In this document: one piece after another, positions 19,289 through 28,657 of the stretch
Layout of the letters: every line of letters starts with the position of its first letter
Position numbering within the stretch: position 1 is the stretch's first letter
Source: a virus
Lineage: Duplodnaviria; Heunggongvirae; Uroviricota; Caudoviricetes
Virus record (IMG/VR): IMGVR_UViG_3300035698_015309
Strand: one strand, 5' to 3'
DNA length: 64,000 nucleotides
Program-made: the position numbers and the translations under genes
The notes under the pieces: model-generated
The model's database searches: none
The model's input: only the letters and a program-made list of their open reading frames with translations
Told to the model about the DNA's origin: nothing

Positions 19289-19640
19289 GGGTACTTGACA
19301 GTGCCCTTCATACTTACTAAAGTCTAATTATTCCTGCTTGAAACAGGAAGCTGTTGTGGCAGGAAGGCTTACGCTGATTGGGTAGGAGGTTCTGGTGTGC
19401 CCAGATGTTCTGGAGACGAACACATTGGTATTAACGATCATCCAAGAGGTGTAAAACGAGTGCTGGGAGAGCGATTCCGTCGAAGACGGACCAGTTCCTT
19501 GGGATTCGGGCGGAAGGAGCATCCGTCATCCGAGCCCTTACCGTTGGGCCGGAGGCTTACTACCGAGGCACTTGGGTCACCAAGGATCGGCACAGCCTCA
19601 AACTTGATGCCTGTAGGTTTTAGCAGGTTTTGAGGAACGG
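19289..19640 (+). mobile_element. complete protein-less IS607 mini-element (left end + tnpB 3' tail/omega-RNA + right end)
   Basis: GGGTACTTGACA left end, TTGACA-N17-TAAAGT promoter, about 290 nt homologous to the tnpB 3' ends at 6440-6730 and 35825-36125, GGAACGG right end. Confidence 0.85.
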
Positions 19641-19907
19641 TGTCCTGTTTCCCATTGTGAAGCCGTGCGGGGGGTAACGCAGCAAGCGTTGTTGTGGATG
19701 GACTGGCGCTGCGTGGCTGACTGATTCAAGGCGCAACCCTGAGTAGGTCTACGCAGTTGATGGTTCGGAAAGCAGAGACGTTAGCGGTTTCAGAAGGAGC
19801 GCAGTCTGGTGGCGTCTCCAACTTTAGTCTGTAGGAACGACGCCTAAAAACCAGCCCTACAGAGTGTCAAACTTCACTTATGAGTCTCAGACTACCAACC
19901 TTCGTGG

Positions 19908-19933
19908 GATCATCTCAGTACTCTACAGAGTAG
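19908..19933 (+). promoter_or_regulatory. class-A phage promoter
   Basis: GATCATCT-N12-GAGTAG upstream of 19976. Confidence 0.8.
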
Positions 19934-19975
19934 TTAAAGTGAGGGGGGCAAATGACCCCCTGACAAGGAGACACC

Positions 19976-20392
19976 ATGGCGGTCAACAATGGAAACCCCT
20001 ACCCTACTTCAAGGCCCTTCCCCGCCAAGTTCCCAGGGACCTGTGATTGGTCCGGGACAAAGTATCGGAAGGGCGAGATCACACGGCGCATCATCGACCG
20101 CTACGACGCCGACACCGACAGAGAAATCAACCCCCGCTATGTGCGGGAATGCTTCGTGAACATGGCATGTGACCCCACCTGGCGGCGACTGGATGAGAAC
20201 TTCACCATCGAGGGGATCCTAAAAGACCTGGTCCGGTTCATCCTCGTGGACAAGAACGGCAAGGTCAAGGGGCCGTACACCTACCGGGGCGAGCGGTTCG
20301 AAGTGCCTGGCTACACAGTACAGACCAGGAGCTGCGGACAGATGAAGCAGACGTTCACCGCTGCGGTGGCAGTGCAGGTACTGGAGGGCTGA
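19976..20392 (+). CDS. hypothetical protein
   Basis: AAGGAG RBS; follows class-A promoter. Confidence 0.7.
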   Translation: MAVNNGNPYPTSRPFPAKFPGTCDWSGTKYRKGEITRRIIDRYDADTDREINPRYVRECFVNMACDPTWRRLDENFTIEGILKDLVRFILVDKNGKVKGPYTYRGERFEVPGYTVQTRSCGQMKQTFTAAVAVQVLEG

Positions 20393-20395
20393 GCG

Positions 20396-20575
20396 ATGAA
20401 AGCTGGGCACGATTGGAACTGGGTGGACCAGGAGGTTCGATATGCCTTCGGTGACCGGGACCGCCCCTACAGCATGGACGTCTGGGTATGCAAACGATGT
20501 GGGAAGGAAGTGAAAACCAGAGGATCGGGCAAAGGACCGAAGCCTGGAAAGTGCCCCGCTGCAAAGGGGGGCTGA
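20396..20575 (+). CDS. small Zn-ribbon protein (59 aa)
   Basis: Manually translated MKAGHDW...WVCKRCG...KCP. Confidence 0.5.
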   Translation: MKAGHDWNWVDQEVRYAFGDRDRPYSMDVWVCKRCGKEVKTRGSGKGPKPGKCPAAKGG

Positions 20576-20614
20576 AGATGCACTGGAACATTCACGCATT
20601 GGGGCGGGGGGACA

Positions 20615-21013
20615 ATGGATACGAAAGCTAAGACAGAGCTTGTGGCGATGACCCAGGCACTTACTGAAAGGCTGCTCCATCGGGACGCTGGGGACAGCAG
20701 ACCCACTATCGAATTCACCAAGGCACAGTTTGACGAGTTGTCGAGCCGGTGTGAGGCGGTCATTGTTTGTGGTGGCAAACCTCATCGTCGGTTTGCTGGT
20801 CACATTGACGACCTCATCTGGGAAGCCCGTGCCCGCAAGGACCGGCGGCTCAAACTGTCACCTGAGGAAGCGGCGTGGGCGGCAGCAGAGATGGACGACG
20901 CAGCGCTGGTCTCCAAGCGTCTTTTTAACAATGGTGGAACCAGGAAGGAACTGACCCAGAGTCGTTCCTACAGGAAGGCAGCGATGATGCTGCAGGCTGT
21001 GGGGCCAGAGTAG
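20615..21013 (+). CDS. hypothetical protein
   Basis: ORF with G-rich RBS. Confidence 0.55.
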   Translation: MDTKAKTELVAMTQALTERLLHRDAGDSRPTIEFTKAQFDELSSRCEAVIVCGGKPHRRFAGHIDDLIWEARARKDRRLKLSPEEAAWAAAEMDDAALVSKRLFNNGGTRKELTQSRSYRKAAMMLQAVGPE

Positions 21014-21051
21014 ATTATGTGATGGTGGGACTGTCCCCAAGGGAGATTGTG

Positions 21052-21444
21052 ATGCCTATCTGGAGTCAACGACTGACCGTGGATAACATTGAGGAGGTGG
21101 GGGAACGTCTCAGGGGCCTCTTGGAGGACAAGATTTACGTCTTTGTCTCCACCTCGGAACGTAATGGGTTTGTTCCTGACGTCTTTGCAGGGCAACGGTT
21201 GGCCAGAGGGACGGCCATTACTGTCTCGATCATCAGGAAGGACTTCGGGATCCTCACCGTGAATGACGGGGACATCTGGCAGGTTTCGACGGGCAAAAAT
21301 TTACCCAAGGAAAGACCCTTTGAGACACCCCAGGTGACCTTCTATAACGATAAGGTCCGGATCAGTCACAGATCCAGAGACGGGAGTGTTCTCCACTGGG
21401 TCATCATTGTGACTGGAAACATCCCCGAGGAAGCTCTGAGTTAA
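21052..21444 (+). CDS. hypothetical protein, paralog of 43430..43840
   Basis: WSQRLTVDNIEEVGERLRGLLEDK vs WKQRLTVENLEEVGERLRGLLEDK. Confidence 0.7.
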   Translation: MPIWSQRLTVDNIEEVGERLRGLLEDKIYVFVSTSERNGFVPDVFAGQRLARGTAITVSIIRKDFGILTVNDGDIWQVSTGKNLPKERPFETPQVTFYNDKVRISHRSRDGSVLHWVIIVTGNIPEEALS

Positions 21445-21597
21445 AGCACAAGCACCCTCGTAGCGAAGGGACTAGGGAATAGGGTAGGGGAGGCCCACGC
21501 TGGCCGTCTAAGGGCTTTTTAACCGTGGGTTGGGGGGAGTCTGTGGGCACCCCGTTGGGGTAGAGTGCATAGGGACTCTTTCACAGGAGGTGTTCTG

Positions 21598-22266
21598 ATG
21601 TACGGTTACCATTTCGTTCGTGAGGATTTGAAGCTGGGTTATGAGGACGGTCGGGATGTCATCGTTGGTGAAAAACTGACTGTCGATTGTGAACCTATTC
21701 TTTGTGAGCAGGGTCTTCATGCCAGTAAGAGTATCCTTGATGCTTTGCAGTACGCTCCTGGTCCGATGCTTTGCCGGGTCCGCCTTTTCGGGCAGATCCT
21801 GCATAGTGATGACAAGTCGGTTGCAACCGAGCGTCGGGTCCTTTGGATGTTTGATGCCACCGCACTCCTGCGGTACTTCAGCCGTTGGTGTGCGGCTCAA
21901 GTAGTGCATCTGTGGGACGCTCCTGAGGTCGTATTGGAGTTCCTCAAGACGGGAAATGAGGAATTGAGGGAAGAGGCATACAAGAGTGCCAGGGCCAGTG
22001 CAAGGGCCAGTGCAAGGGCCTGGGCCTGGGCCAGTGCCAGTGCCAGTGCCAGTGCAAGGGCCAGTGCCTATGCCAGTGCATGGGCCAGTGCAAGGGCCAG
22101 TGCCATGGCCAGTGCCTATGCCAGTGCAAGGGCCAGTGCAAGGGCCGATGCAGAGGCCGATGCAAGGGCCGATGCAGAGGCCGATGCAGAGGCCGAATTT
22201 CTGCGCCTGATCCCTTTTGCCCGTGCGGGAAAGTTGCCTACGGAAATTGTCATCCCAAAGAAATAG
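21598..22266 (+). CDS. phage hypothetical protein with Ala/Ser-rich tandem-repeat tail
   Basis: CEQGLHAS...DALQYAPG motif seen in phage proteins; ASARA repeats. Confidence 0.7.
   Translation: MYGYHFVREDLKLGYEDGRDVIVGEKLTVDCEPILCEQGLHASKSILDALQYAPGPMLCRVRLFGQILHSDDKSVATERRVLWMFDATALLRYFSRWCAAQVVHLWDAPEVVLEFLKTGNEELREEAYKSARASARASARAWAWASASASASARASAYASAWASARASAMASAYASARASARADAEADARADAEADAEAEFLRLIPFARAGKLPTEIVIPKK
21985..22195 (+). repeat. 6/12-bp coding tandem repeats
   Basis: GCCAGT, GCAAGGGCCAGT and GCAGAGGCCGAT units. Confidence 0.9.
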
Positions 22267-22269
22267 ACC
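22243..22269 (+). repeat. 27-bp identical repeat, copy 1
   Basis: GAAATTGTCATCCCAAAGAAATAGACC. Confidence 0.95.
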
Positions 22270-22618
22270 AGTACTGACCTGGTGACGAGAGTCCTCTCTG
22301 TCACATGACTGTCTCAAATGTTCTCGTGCAACTGAGTCTCACAGTGACCGACAACTTCGGAGGCAGTCCTACGTCTGGTCCCAAAGTTGTCGAGCGCCCA
22401 CAAGTACTTTCGTTTTCCCACCGGAGAGAAGAGATCAGGGTAACGGCCTCGGGGCATAGGGTAGGGGAACAACTACCCTTGGAGAGGGAACGGCCCACAG
22501 GAGGGCACTGTGGGCCTCGGGTGGCATAATGGACGCCAGGTGTCGGACCCAGATTCTGTGGACCACCCGTGAGCGGGGCCTCTTTCACTGAGAGATACAG
22601 TTCTCTCTTACAGGACCG

Positions 22619-23770
22619 TTAGGCATACAGGTGGGTGATAAGAACATTGAGGATCATTCCGATGTTTGACCAGTCCACGTCTTCCTGCTGGAGGATTTCC
22701 CGGATAGTGTATACCTCCACGAAGGTCCTTTCCGTGTCCTCCTCTATTCCATGGACCTTCCCGGCTTCAGCCTTCAGGAGTTCCATCTCCTTCAATGACA
22801 GGCGGACGGCAAACGTATGCGCTTTGTGGGCAGAGAGAGTTCCGGCGATTTGTCGGTTGCCGATGTTCACGAACTCTCCGGTCAGCGTCACGTCCGTTTC
22901 CTCGAAGAATTCTTCTCTGGCAATCTTCTGAGGGTCCATCGCTGTCTTGGGGGAACCCCCAGGAACTTCTCGGATGAAACCGTCCACGGTGGCAGCGGGG
23001 GAACGGAATTCCCGCACGATCACCACTTCGGTTTCCATTAGGTCATCGCTGTGAGGAAGATATCCCACCACGGTGGAAATGTCGGGCCTGGAAAGGACCA
23101 CCTCGTTGGTCTTGTGCCGGTCCTCAGACTTGATGTACATATTGACGTGGAGAACCCAAAAGAAGGGCTTTTTACCGGGCCGAAAGGTCCACTCCACTGT
23201 AGATCCCTCTAGTCGGTTCCCTGCTTTCCGTTGAGCCCTGTACCAGTTCTGGAATGATGCCAAATTCCAAATGTAGAGAGGCACAGAGCACTCCCCTCCT
23301 ACACGAAGAGCACCATCCCCCAGGATCCCCAGAGCTGTCCTCAAGGTTTCCTCAAGGGTCTCATTTATGGGGACATTTTCCTGCTGTGCCTGGTAGTCCA
23401 GGGCTCCCATTCTTGGAGCACTAGGTGGATGCCCATAGACAATTTTGCCGGAAGCGCACCACGTTCCGAACTCTAGGTTCGTTGTAAATGCCGGGAGGGT
23501 CTTCAGATCTCGGGGGATCCAAAACATGATGACGTCGGCCATGTTCAGACACTTGGTTTTCCAGTCCAGTTGGTCAGAATAGGAGTGGGTGAAGACGCCG
23601 TCTTCAGGCAGAGGGATGAAAACTGTTCCATTGTATCCGAAATTTTCCAGTAACGTAAGAGCTTCAATACGCCAGTTGGGATGAGTCTTCTCCCGAGGAG
23701 ATGGACCAGCTAGGAAAAGGGACTTGGACATCGTCTGTGGGACTTCCTCTGGAGCATAGATGATTTGCAT
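22619..23770 (-). CDS. nucleoside 2-deoxyribosyltransferase-like / Nudix hydrolase fusion
   Basis: N-terminal LFLAGPSPR..WRIEA..TNLEFG; C-terminal Nudix box GGSPKTAMDPQKIAREEFFEET. Confidence 0.8.
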   Translation of the reverse strand: MQIIYAPEEVPQTMSKSLFLAGPSPREKTHPNWRIEALTLLENFGYNGTVFIPLPEDGVFTHSYSDQLDWKTKCLNMADVIMFWIPRDLKTLPAFTTNLEFGTWCASGKIVYGHPPSAPRMGALDYQAQQENVPINETLEETLRTALGILGDGALRVGGECSVPLYIWNLASFQNWYRAQRKAGNRLEGSTVEWTFRPGKKPFFWVLHVNMYIKSEDRHKTNEVVLSRPDISTVVGYLPHSDDLMETEVVIVREFRSPAATVDGFIREVPGGSPKTAMDPQKIAREEFFEETDVTLTGEFVNIGNRQIAGTLSAHKAHTFAVRLSLKEMELLKAEAGKVHGIEEDTERTFVEVYTIREILQQEDVDWSNIGMILNVLITHLYA

Positions 23771-24262
23771 TCGAACCTCCTTGTCCTGTTTACTACTCCG
23801 AAGGAAGGTCTGTCGTAATGTGAAGCAGCGCTGTCACAGGTTGGTGTGGCCAGGCGACTCCTGAGTCCAAAGAGACGTGCTTGGATGAGCGGCCCGTAAA
23901 AAGGGGTACACCTAGTGTACCCCCCCTGGCGACCTGGCCAACAGATGCGAGACAGATGCCATACCCCCACTGTCGCAAAGTGGGACACCACTGTCCTATG
24001 GTGACACAGGCTGGCGGCCCAGTGTGACACCCAGACAGTTGGATGAGCAGTCTGGTCATCCAACTGCCCTCAATCGCGGGAAAACGTTTTCCCGAGGCTC
24101 CCCTCTTCGTGTCGTAGCACCGGATTACGCCCGAAATCGACCCCCCCTGGGATGGTGGCCCTGATGATGTCTCTCATCAGGGCCGATTTCAGACCCAGCG
24201 CTCATCTGTCTACTTTTGGGCGTCTCCGCAGCCTGGCGGTAGAGTAGAGGAACCATTGACCC

Positions 24263-24994
24263 ATGGAGGACAGCATGACGGACAAAGTGAAGACGGCTTG
24301 GACGGACCCCCTCAAACTCGAAGAGGGTATGACCTCGGAAAAGACTCAGGAGGTTCACGTCCTGGGACTGAGTAGCGATGGGAAGGGGCTTCTGGTCACC
24401 ACCCCGTTGATGTGGTCGGACCATCACAAATGGTACCATATTCACTCTGGCGAGATGACACAGGAGCAGCGGGATGTTCACGCCCATCTTATTCAGTCGG
24501 ATGAGCGCCTGACTGTAGTAGGACGGCATCACCGGGAACACTTCGAGACCGACGCTGACTATGAGTACATGGAGAACCTGTTGGGTGAGGACAGGACTGA
24601 TCGTCTGAGTATGGAGTTGACGAAACGAATCGACCAGCACCTGAAGATCTGGGAGCGGACAGAAGCAGTGATGAAGGGTGGCATCCTGATCTCCATGGAC
24701 GCTGCACAGTCCGGTGGCCCACAGGTGACGCTCACAACCATCGGTGGGAAAGTCCTGGGGAAGATCAACTCTGCTGCTGGAGGTCTCCTTCTCAGCTTCG
24801 CCAACGCCAAGTTCTTTATCCCAGAGGAACCGGACGTGGTGGCAGAAGACAACGTGTGGGTCGTCAAGGGAGACGGAAACGATGTTGCCCTTTTGGAGGA
24901 CGGGACTGTGGGCCTGAACTCTTTGGATGAGGACGCTCAAGAGTTCTTCGAGAAGACGGAGAAGAGAGTCCGCTATACGAAGGGGTCAAAATGA
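24263..24994 (+). CDS. hypothetical protein
   Basis: 243-aa ORF with RBS. Confidence 0.6.
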   Translation: MEDSMTDKVKTAWTDPLKLEEGMTSEKTQEVHVLGLSSDGKGLLVTTPLMWSDHHKWYHIHSGEMTQEQRDVHAHLIQSDERLTVVGRHHREHFETDADYEYMENLLGEDRTDRLSMELTKRIDQHLKIWERTEAVMKGGILISMDAAQSGGPQVTLTTIGGKVLGKINSAAGGLLLSFANAKFFIPEEPDVVAEDNVWVVKGDGNDVALLEDGTVGLNSLDEDAQEFFEKTEKRVRYTKGSK

Positions 24995-25094
24995 GCTACG
25001 CACGGATGTGTCCCGTTTGCGGGCAATGGATGGAGCAAATGACAGGCGGGTGGAGTTGTCCGTTCTGCGGACACTCTAAACTAAAGGAGTCAAA

Positions 25095-25289
25095 GTGAAG
25101 GATCTCATCCAGCACCTGGAGAGTAAACGAGAGTTACTCCGTATGATAGGGAACTGTGCGGCCCCAGCGGCAGGGAGAGCCAGCGAGGCGTTTAAGAGGG
25201 ACCAGGAAGCTGAACTGAGAGGATTCGACAAAGCTCTCGTCTACGTCCGGGGATTTGGCACCTCAACGGAACCACAGGAGAGCTTATGA
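25095..25289 (+). CDS. hypothetical protein
   Basis: GTGA-coupled small ORF. Confidence 0.45.
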   Translation: MKDLIQHLESKRELLRMIGNCAAPAAGRASEAFKRDQEAELRGFDKALVYVRGFGTSTEPQESL

Positions 25290-25443
25290 AAGTTAAAGAG
25301 TTCCTGAAGGACCATAACATTGATCTCGAAACCGAGGACGACTGCAACCTTTGTCGACTCCATGACCTGTTCACATTGAAGATCCCCAATCTCTGCTGCC
25401 CCAAGTGTGGCCACCCCATAGACTTCCTTGACGGTGACACAGG

Positions 25444-26229
25444 ATGAGATTTGGGGGCTGTAACGGCCCGGTGGGCAGCGTGAGGAAGTGGGGGATGAGA
25501 GAGACAAAATGGCCCACAGCGTACCGACTCGGAGACGCAGACGACATCCCCGTTTTGTCGGGGGCACCGTTTATGATCATCAATACAGTCGGAGGATGTC
25601 AGGCCGTTTCTGAGGGATGCGCCAATTGCTTCGCTGTTCGATACCGTCGCACCGATCGCTTCTTCAACCTCGAGGCCCTCCACGCACTGCGGGAGCCAGA
25701 GCCGAAGCGAGTTTATGTCGGCACACATGCAGATTTATTCCAACCTGGGATAGAGCGTCATGTTGACCGTGTTTTCGACGCCTGCCGAGCGCACCAACAA
25801 CACAAGTATTATTTTCTGACTCGTCATGTGGAGGGGATGCGATTGGCGCTACAACGTCAAACATCCATCCCCGACAACTGGGCATTTGGGGTTTCCGTCG
25901 AGAGCGCTGAATACTTCGACAGAATTGATACCCTCAGGGGCTTTGATGTTGCCGAGAAATATGTTTCGTTTGCTCCAATTCTTGGGCGCATGGATCCCCC
26001 ATTGTCGGGGATCAGGTGGGTTATCTGTGCAGGAGAATTTGGCGGGGCAAAAGCCCGAGGCTGTGATCTCGATTGGTTCCGCTCCATAAGGCAAGCCTGC
26101 CATATGTCAGGGACTCATTTTGTGATCAAAACGCTGGGGAGCAAACTTGGTGGTGGGCAAATCCTTGACGGGGTCCACCACAAAGAGGAGCCGCCGGGCT
26201 ACGATGGAGGCTGTGATGCCGTTTTTTGA
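25444..26229 (+). CDS. DUF5131 (phage Gp37/Gp68, radical-SAM-like) protein
   Basis: GCQAVSEGCANCFA, ADLF, YFLTR, GVSVES, WVICAGE..ARGCDLDW. Confidence 0.85.
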   Translation: MRFGGCNGPVGSVRKWGMRETKWPTAYRLGDADDIPVLSGAPFMIINTVGGCQAVSEGCANCFAVRYRRTDRFFNLEALHALREPEPKRVYVGTHADLFQPGIERHVDRVFDACRAHQQHKYYFLTRHVEGMRLALQRQTSIPDNWAFGVSVESAEYFDRIDTLRGFDVAEKYVSFAPILGRMDPPLSGIRWVICAGEFGGAKARGCDLDWFRSIRQACHMSGTHFVIKTLGSKLGGGQILDGVHHKEEPPGYDGGCDAVF

Positions 26230-26491
26230 GTATGGCCCAGACTACGACGAAGATCCTGGTCCAGATAGACTGTGCAACGTTCCGTCCTGCCCCCGGTTTG
26301 GCAAGTGCTACCACGGTCGTGTTCATGAAGAAAACGATCGCTGTATCGGGCCGGGGGCACGAACCCGCCTAGACACTAGGGACGAGCCCCCTCGACCACG
26401 AGGACTAAAAAACTATCCCTACAGGGTGCCAAACCTCACTTATGGGATCATCTTGGCCACCCACAGAGTAGTTAAAGTGAGGGACGGATGA
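26216..26491 (+). CDS. hypothetical protein
   Basis: Cys-containing ORF overlapping the upstream stop. Confidence 0.4.
   Translation: MPFFEYGPDYDEDPGPDRLCNVPSCPRFGKCYHGRVHEENDRCIGPGARTRLDTRDEPPRPRGLKNYPYRVPNLTYGIILATHRVVKVRDG
26446..26471 (+). promoter_or_regulatory. class-A phage promoter
   Basis: GATCATCT-N12-GAGTAG upstream of 26510. Confidence 0.8.
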
Positions 26492-26509
26492 TCCCCGTGG
26501 AGGACTCAG

Positions 26510-26737
26510 ATGGTTTGTCAACGTTGTAAGAGTAGCCGAGTTGCAGACGTCATTGGCAAAACGAGCGATATGTGCAGCTTCAGTCTTGACGTGACCGTTG
26601 AGGTGACGGGGGAGGACGGCGAAGTCCCTGAGAACGTAGGGATCGGTGGCGGCGACTACCTCCGGTTCTCCTACTGTCTCGACTGCGGCCAGATCCAGGG
26701 AACATTCCCCACCGAAATTGTCATCCCAAAGAAATAG
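26510..26737 (+). CDS. small Zn-binding phage protein
   Basis: CQRC...GIGGGDY..FSYCLDCGQIQG. Confidence 0.7.
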   Translation: MVCQRCKSSRVADVIGKTSDMCSFSLDVTVEVTGEDGEVPENVGIGGGDYLRFSYCLDCGQIQGTFPTEIVIPKK

Positions 26738-26740
26738 ACC
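26714..26740 (+). repeat. 27-bp identical repeat, copy 2
   Basis: Identical to 22243-22269. Confidence 0.95.
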
Positions 26741-26897
26741 CTGAACACCTGTCCTAAAACCTTACTGGTACAGCGGACAATAATCTCCCTATCAAGGACA
26801 CTGTTTGGGTCTTAGGGAGACTTTGAATGTCCCATCAAAAAGGACTCACTAACGATCTGTTCTTGCAAGGCAGCAGCACAACTGAGGAGAAAGTCCT

Positions 26898-27323
26898 ATG
26901 AAGTTACTGACGGCAAACGACTACAAGGGAATGCTTAATCGTGTCGGTGTCAACCTGTCGATCAATGGGGCGAGCCTCTACCTAAAGGTTTTCTCACTCA
27001 GAGAAAAAACAACGGCAACCGTTACCGTTGAGGTTGATGCCGGGTCAAGTATGAGTACGCGTGGTGTCAGTTATCTGGTGGATGGACTGGATGAAATAAC
27101 GGAGAAACTGAAAACACAACTGTTGGCAATGTTGCAAAGGGAAGGGGTGCGCTGGGACTTTGCAGCGGTTCGTGTCCCCGTCATAACAGCACGTGGAAAC
27201 CATCTTGGGGGTTTCGTTGAAGCAACCTTCCGTACTCGGGATAACGATCCGGGTCTCACAAACGTTGTGGAAACTTTTGCACGAAAGAACCATCTCAAAG
27301 TCATGTCCAGTCCCGCCCACTAA
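26898..27323 (+). CDS. MKLLTA-tagged hypothetical protein
   Basis: Starts MKLLTANDY. Confidence 0.7.
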   Translation: MKLLTANDYKGMLNRVGVNLSINGASLYLKVFSLREKTTATVTVEVDAGSSMSTRGVSYLVDGLDEITEKLKTQLLAMLQREGVRWDFAAVRVPVITARGNHLGGFVEATFRTRDNDPGLTNVVETFARKNHLKVMSSPAH

Positions 27324-27454
27324 AACCCTAAGCATTTCAGATTCTGTGGGTCACCCTAGATTCTGTGGGTGCCCTGACTCGAACATCTCTGCGTCACCGG
27401 GGTAACCTTGACAAGGGTAACGAAGGAAAGCGACAGTTCACTGAGGAGGACATC

Positions 27455-27808
27455 ATGATCTACACCCACGACAACGGTTTGCTACTCTTCGACGGTGACA
27501 TCATTAGGGTATTCTCCGAAGCCACAATGTTGGCTTCCATCTCCGATCCCGATAAAATCCTCGCCAAATGCGGCTGCTTCAATCTAATGGGACAAGGCAA
27601 AGGCATCACTGAAGCTGTCGTCAGTCTCCGTAGCGTACTGACGAACCATCTCGACTACTACCACCGAGAGAACATGCTCGCAGCAGTCCTGACTTCCGAA
27701 GGCTGGACGAAGCTGCAGACAAAGGAGACGCTGACGGCATCGTTCGTCCTACTCGATCTCCTCTTCGCCCGTGGCATCGTCGTCTCCACTGTCCTCACGC
27801 CTCGCTAG
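27455..27808 (+). CDS. hypothetical protein
   Basis: GAGGAGG RBS before ATG 27455. Confidence 0.6.
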   Translation: MIYTHDNGLLLFDGDIIRVFSEATMLASISDPDKILAKCGCFNLMGQGKGITEAVVSLRSVLTNHLDYYHRENMLAAVLTSEGWTKLQTKETLTASFVLLDLLFARGIVVSTVLTPR

Positions 27809-27904
27809 AGGGCCACAGCGGTCACCCCTAGATGCTGTGAGTACCCGCCAGGTAACGATAGTGGGCCTATAAACCTATTCGTAGTAGACTGGAAGGGGAG
27901 ACCC

Positions 27905-28390
27905 ATGACAAACAAAAGACTGCTTGCAGGTTTGACCAACCTGGCGACAACACACCCCCAATACAGGACACACCTGGCCCCCCTGCTCAGAACAGCCTCT
28001 GGGGAGCGCTGGGTGGACGTCTGGCAACAAGCGACTAACAATTGGGTGTTGGCTACGATCTTACCCCAGGTGGTGGCAAGGCTGAAACGACTGGGTTTTG
28101 CTATAAATCAGTCAAACTTGAGTCTTGAAACATTTGTGACCCGTACAGACGTCAGTGAAGTCATGCGTAGGCCACACAAAACCCAAGTACGTTTTACCAT
28201 CGGATGGCCAGGACAGATCCTTGGAGTTGACGTCCTCAGCAAAGGGGCCAACACCCGATCCCTGATCACCTTCTCTTTGATTGGGAAAAGCTCTAGCGCT
28301 GTGGCAACACCCAGTAAAATAGCAGACGCCGTGGTCCGAACCCTTCAGACCTGGATGGAAGAAGAAAACGTAGCCCCGTCTGTACGGTGA
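27905..28390 (+). CDS. hypothetical protein with N-terminal LxxLA..HP.YR.HL.PLL motif
   Basis: LTNLATTHPQYRTHLAPLLRTAS. Confidence 0.65.
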   Translation: MTNKRLLAGLTNLATTHPQYRTHLAPLLRTASGERWVDVWQQATNNWVLATILPQVVARLKRLGFAINQSNLSLETFVTRTDVSEVMRRPHKTQVRFTIGWPGQILGVDVLSKGANTRSLITFSLIGKSSSAVATPSKIADAVVRTLQTWMEEENVAPSVR

Positions 28391-28429
28391 TCCTCCAATA
28401 ACCCCCCCAAAGAGTAGCAGGAGGAGCCC

Positions 28430-28657
28430 ATGAAACTTATGATAGCAGCCGAATACGAAGACACTTCCAAAAAGGGAGCCTACTCCCCTTACCTGATGAA
28501 AGCGGACAAGGCAGTGCGTAAAGTTCTGTTGGACGCCTGCAAGACACTAGGCGTAGACGAACCTAAGAAGTTTCTTGAAGGCAAAGCAGATCGGTCAGTC
28601 CGAAGCCTCGTGCTGGCCATTGACAAGGAACTTATCAAAGCCTCCAAAGCCAAATAA
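28430..28657 (+). CDS. MKLM-tagged small protein
   Basis: Starts MKLMIAAEY; AGGAGG RBS. Confidence 0.65.
   Translation: MKLMIAAEYEDTSKKGAYSPYLMKADKAVRKVLLDACKTLGVDEPKKFLEGKADRSVRSLVLAIDKELIKASKAK

Noticed and set aside
16082-19640. RNA-guided transcription system (dead Cas12f/TnpB + sigma + HTH)
   Set aside because: A sigma, an HTH and an omega-RNA are within 3.5 kb, but no TnpB/Cas12f gene is adjacent and the cognate TnpBs keep all RuvC residues; proximity alone is insufficient
21508-22317. Collagen-like or His/Trp-rich ORFs on the minus strand and in alternative frames
   Set aside because: They are shadows of the GCCAGT tandem repeat in the real + strand gene
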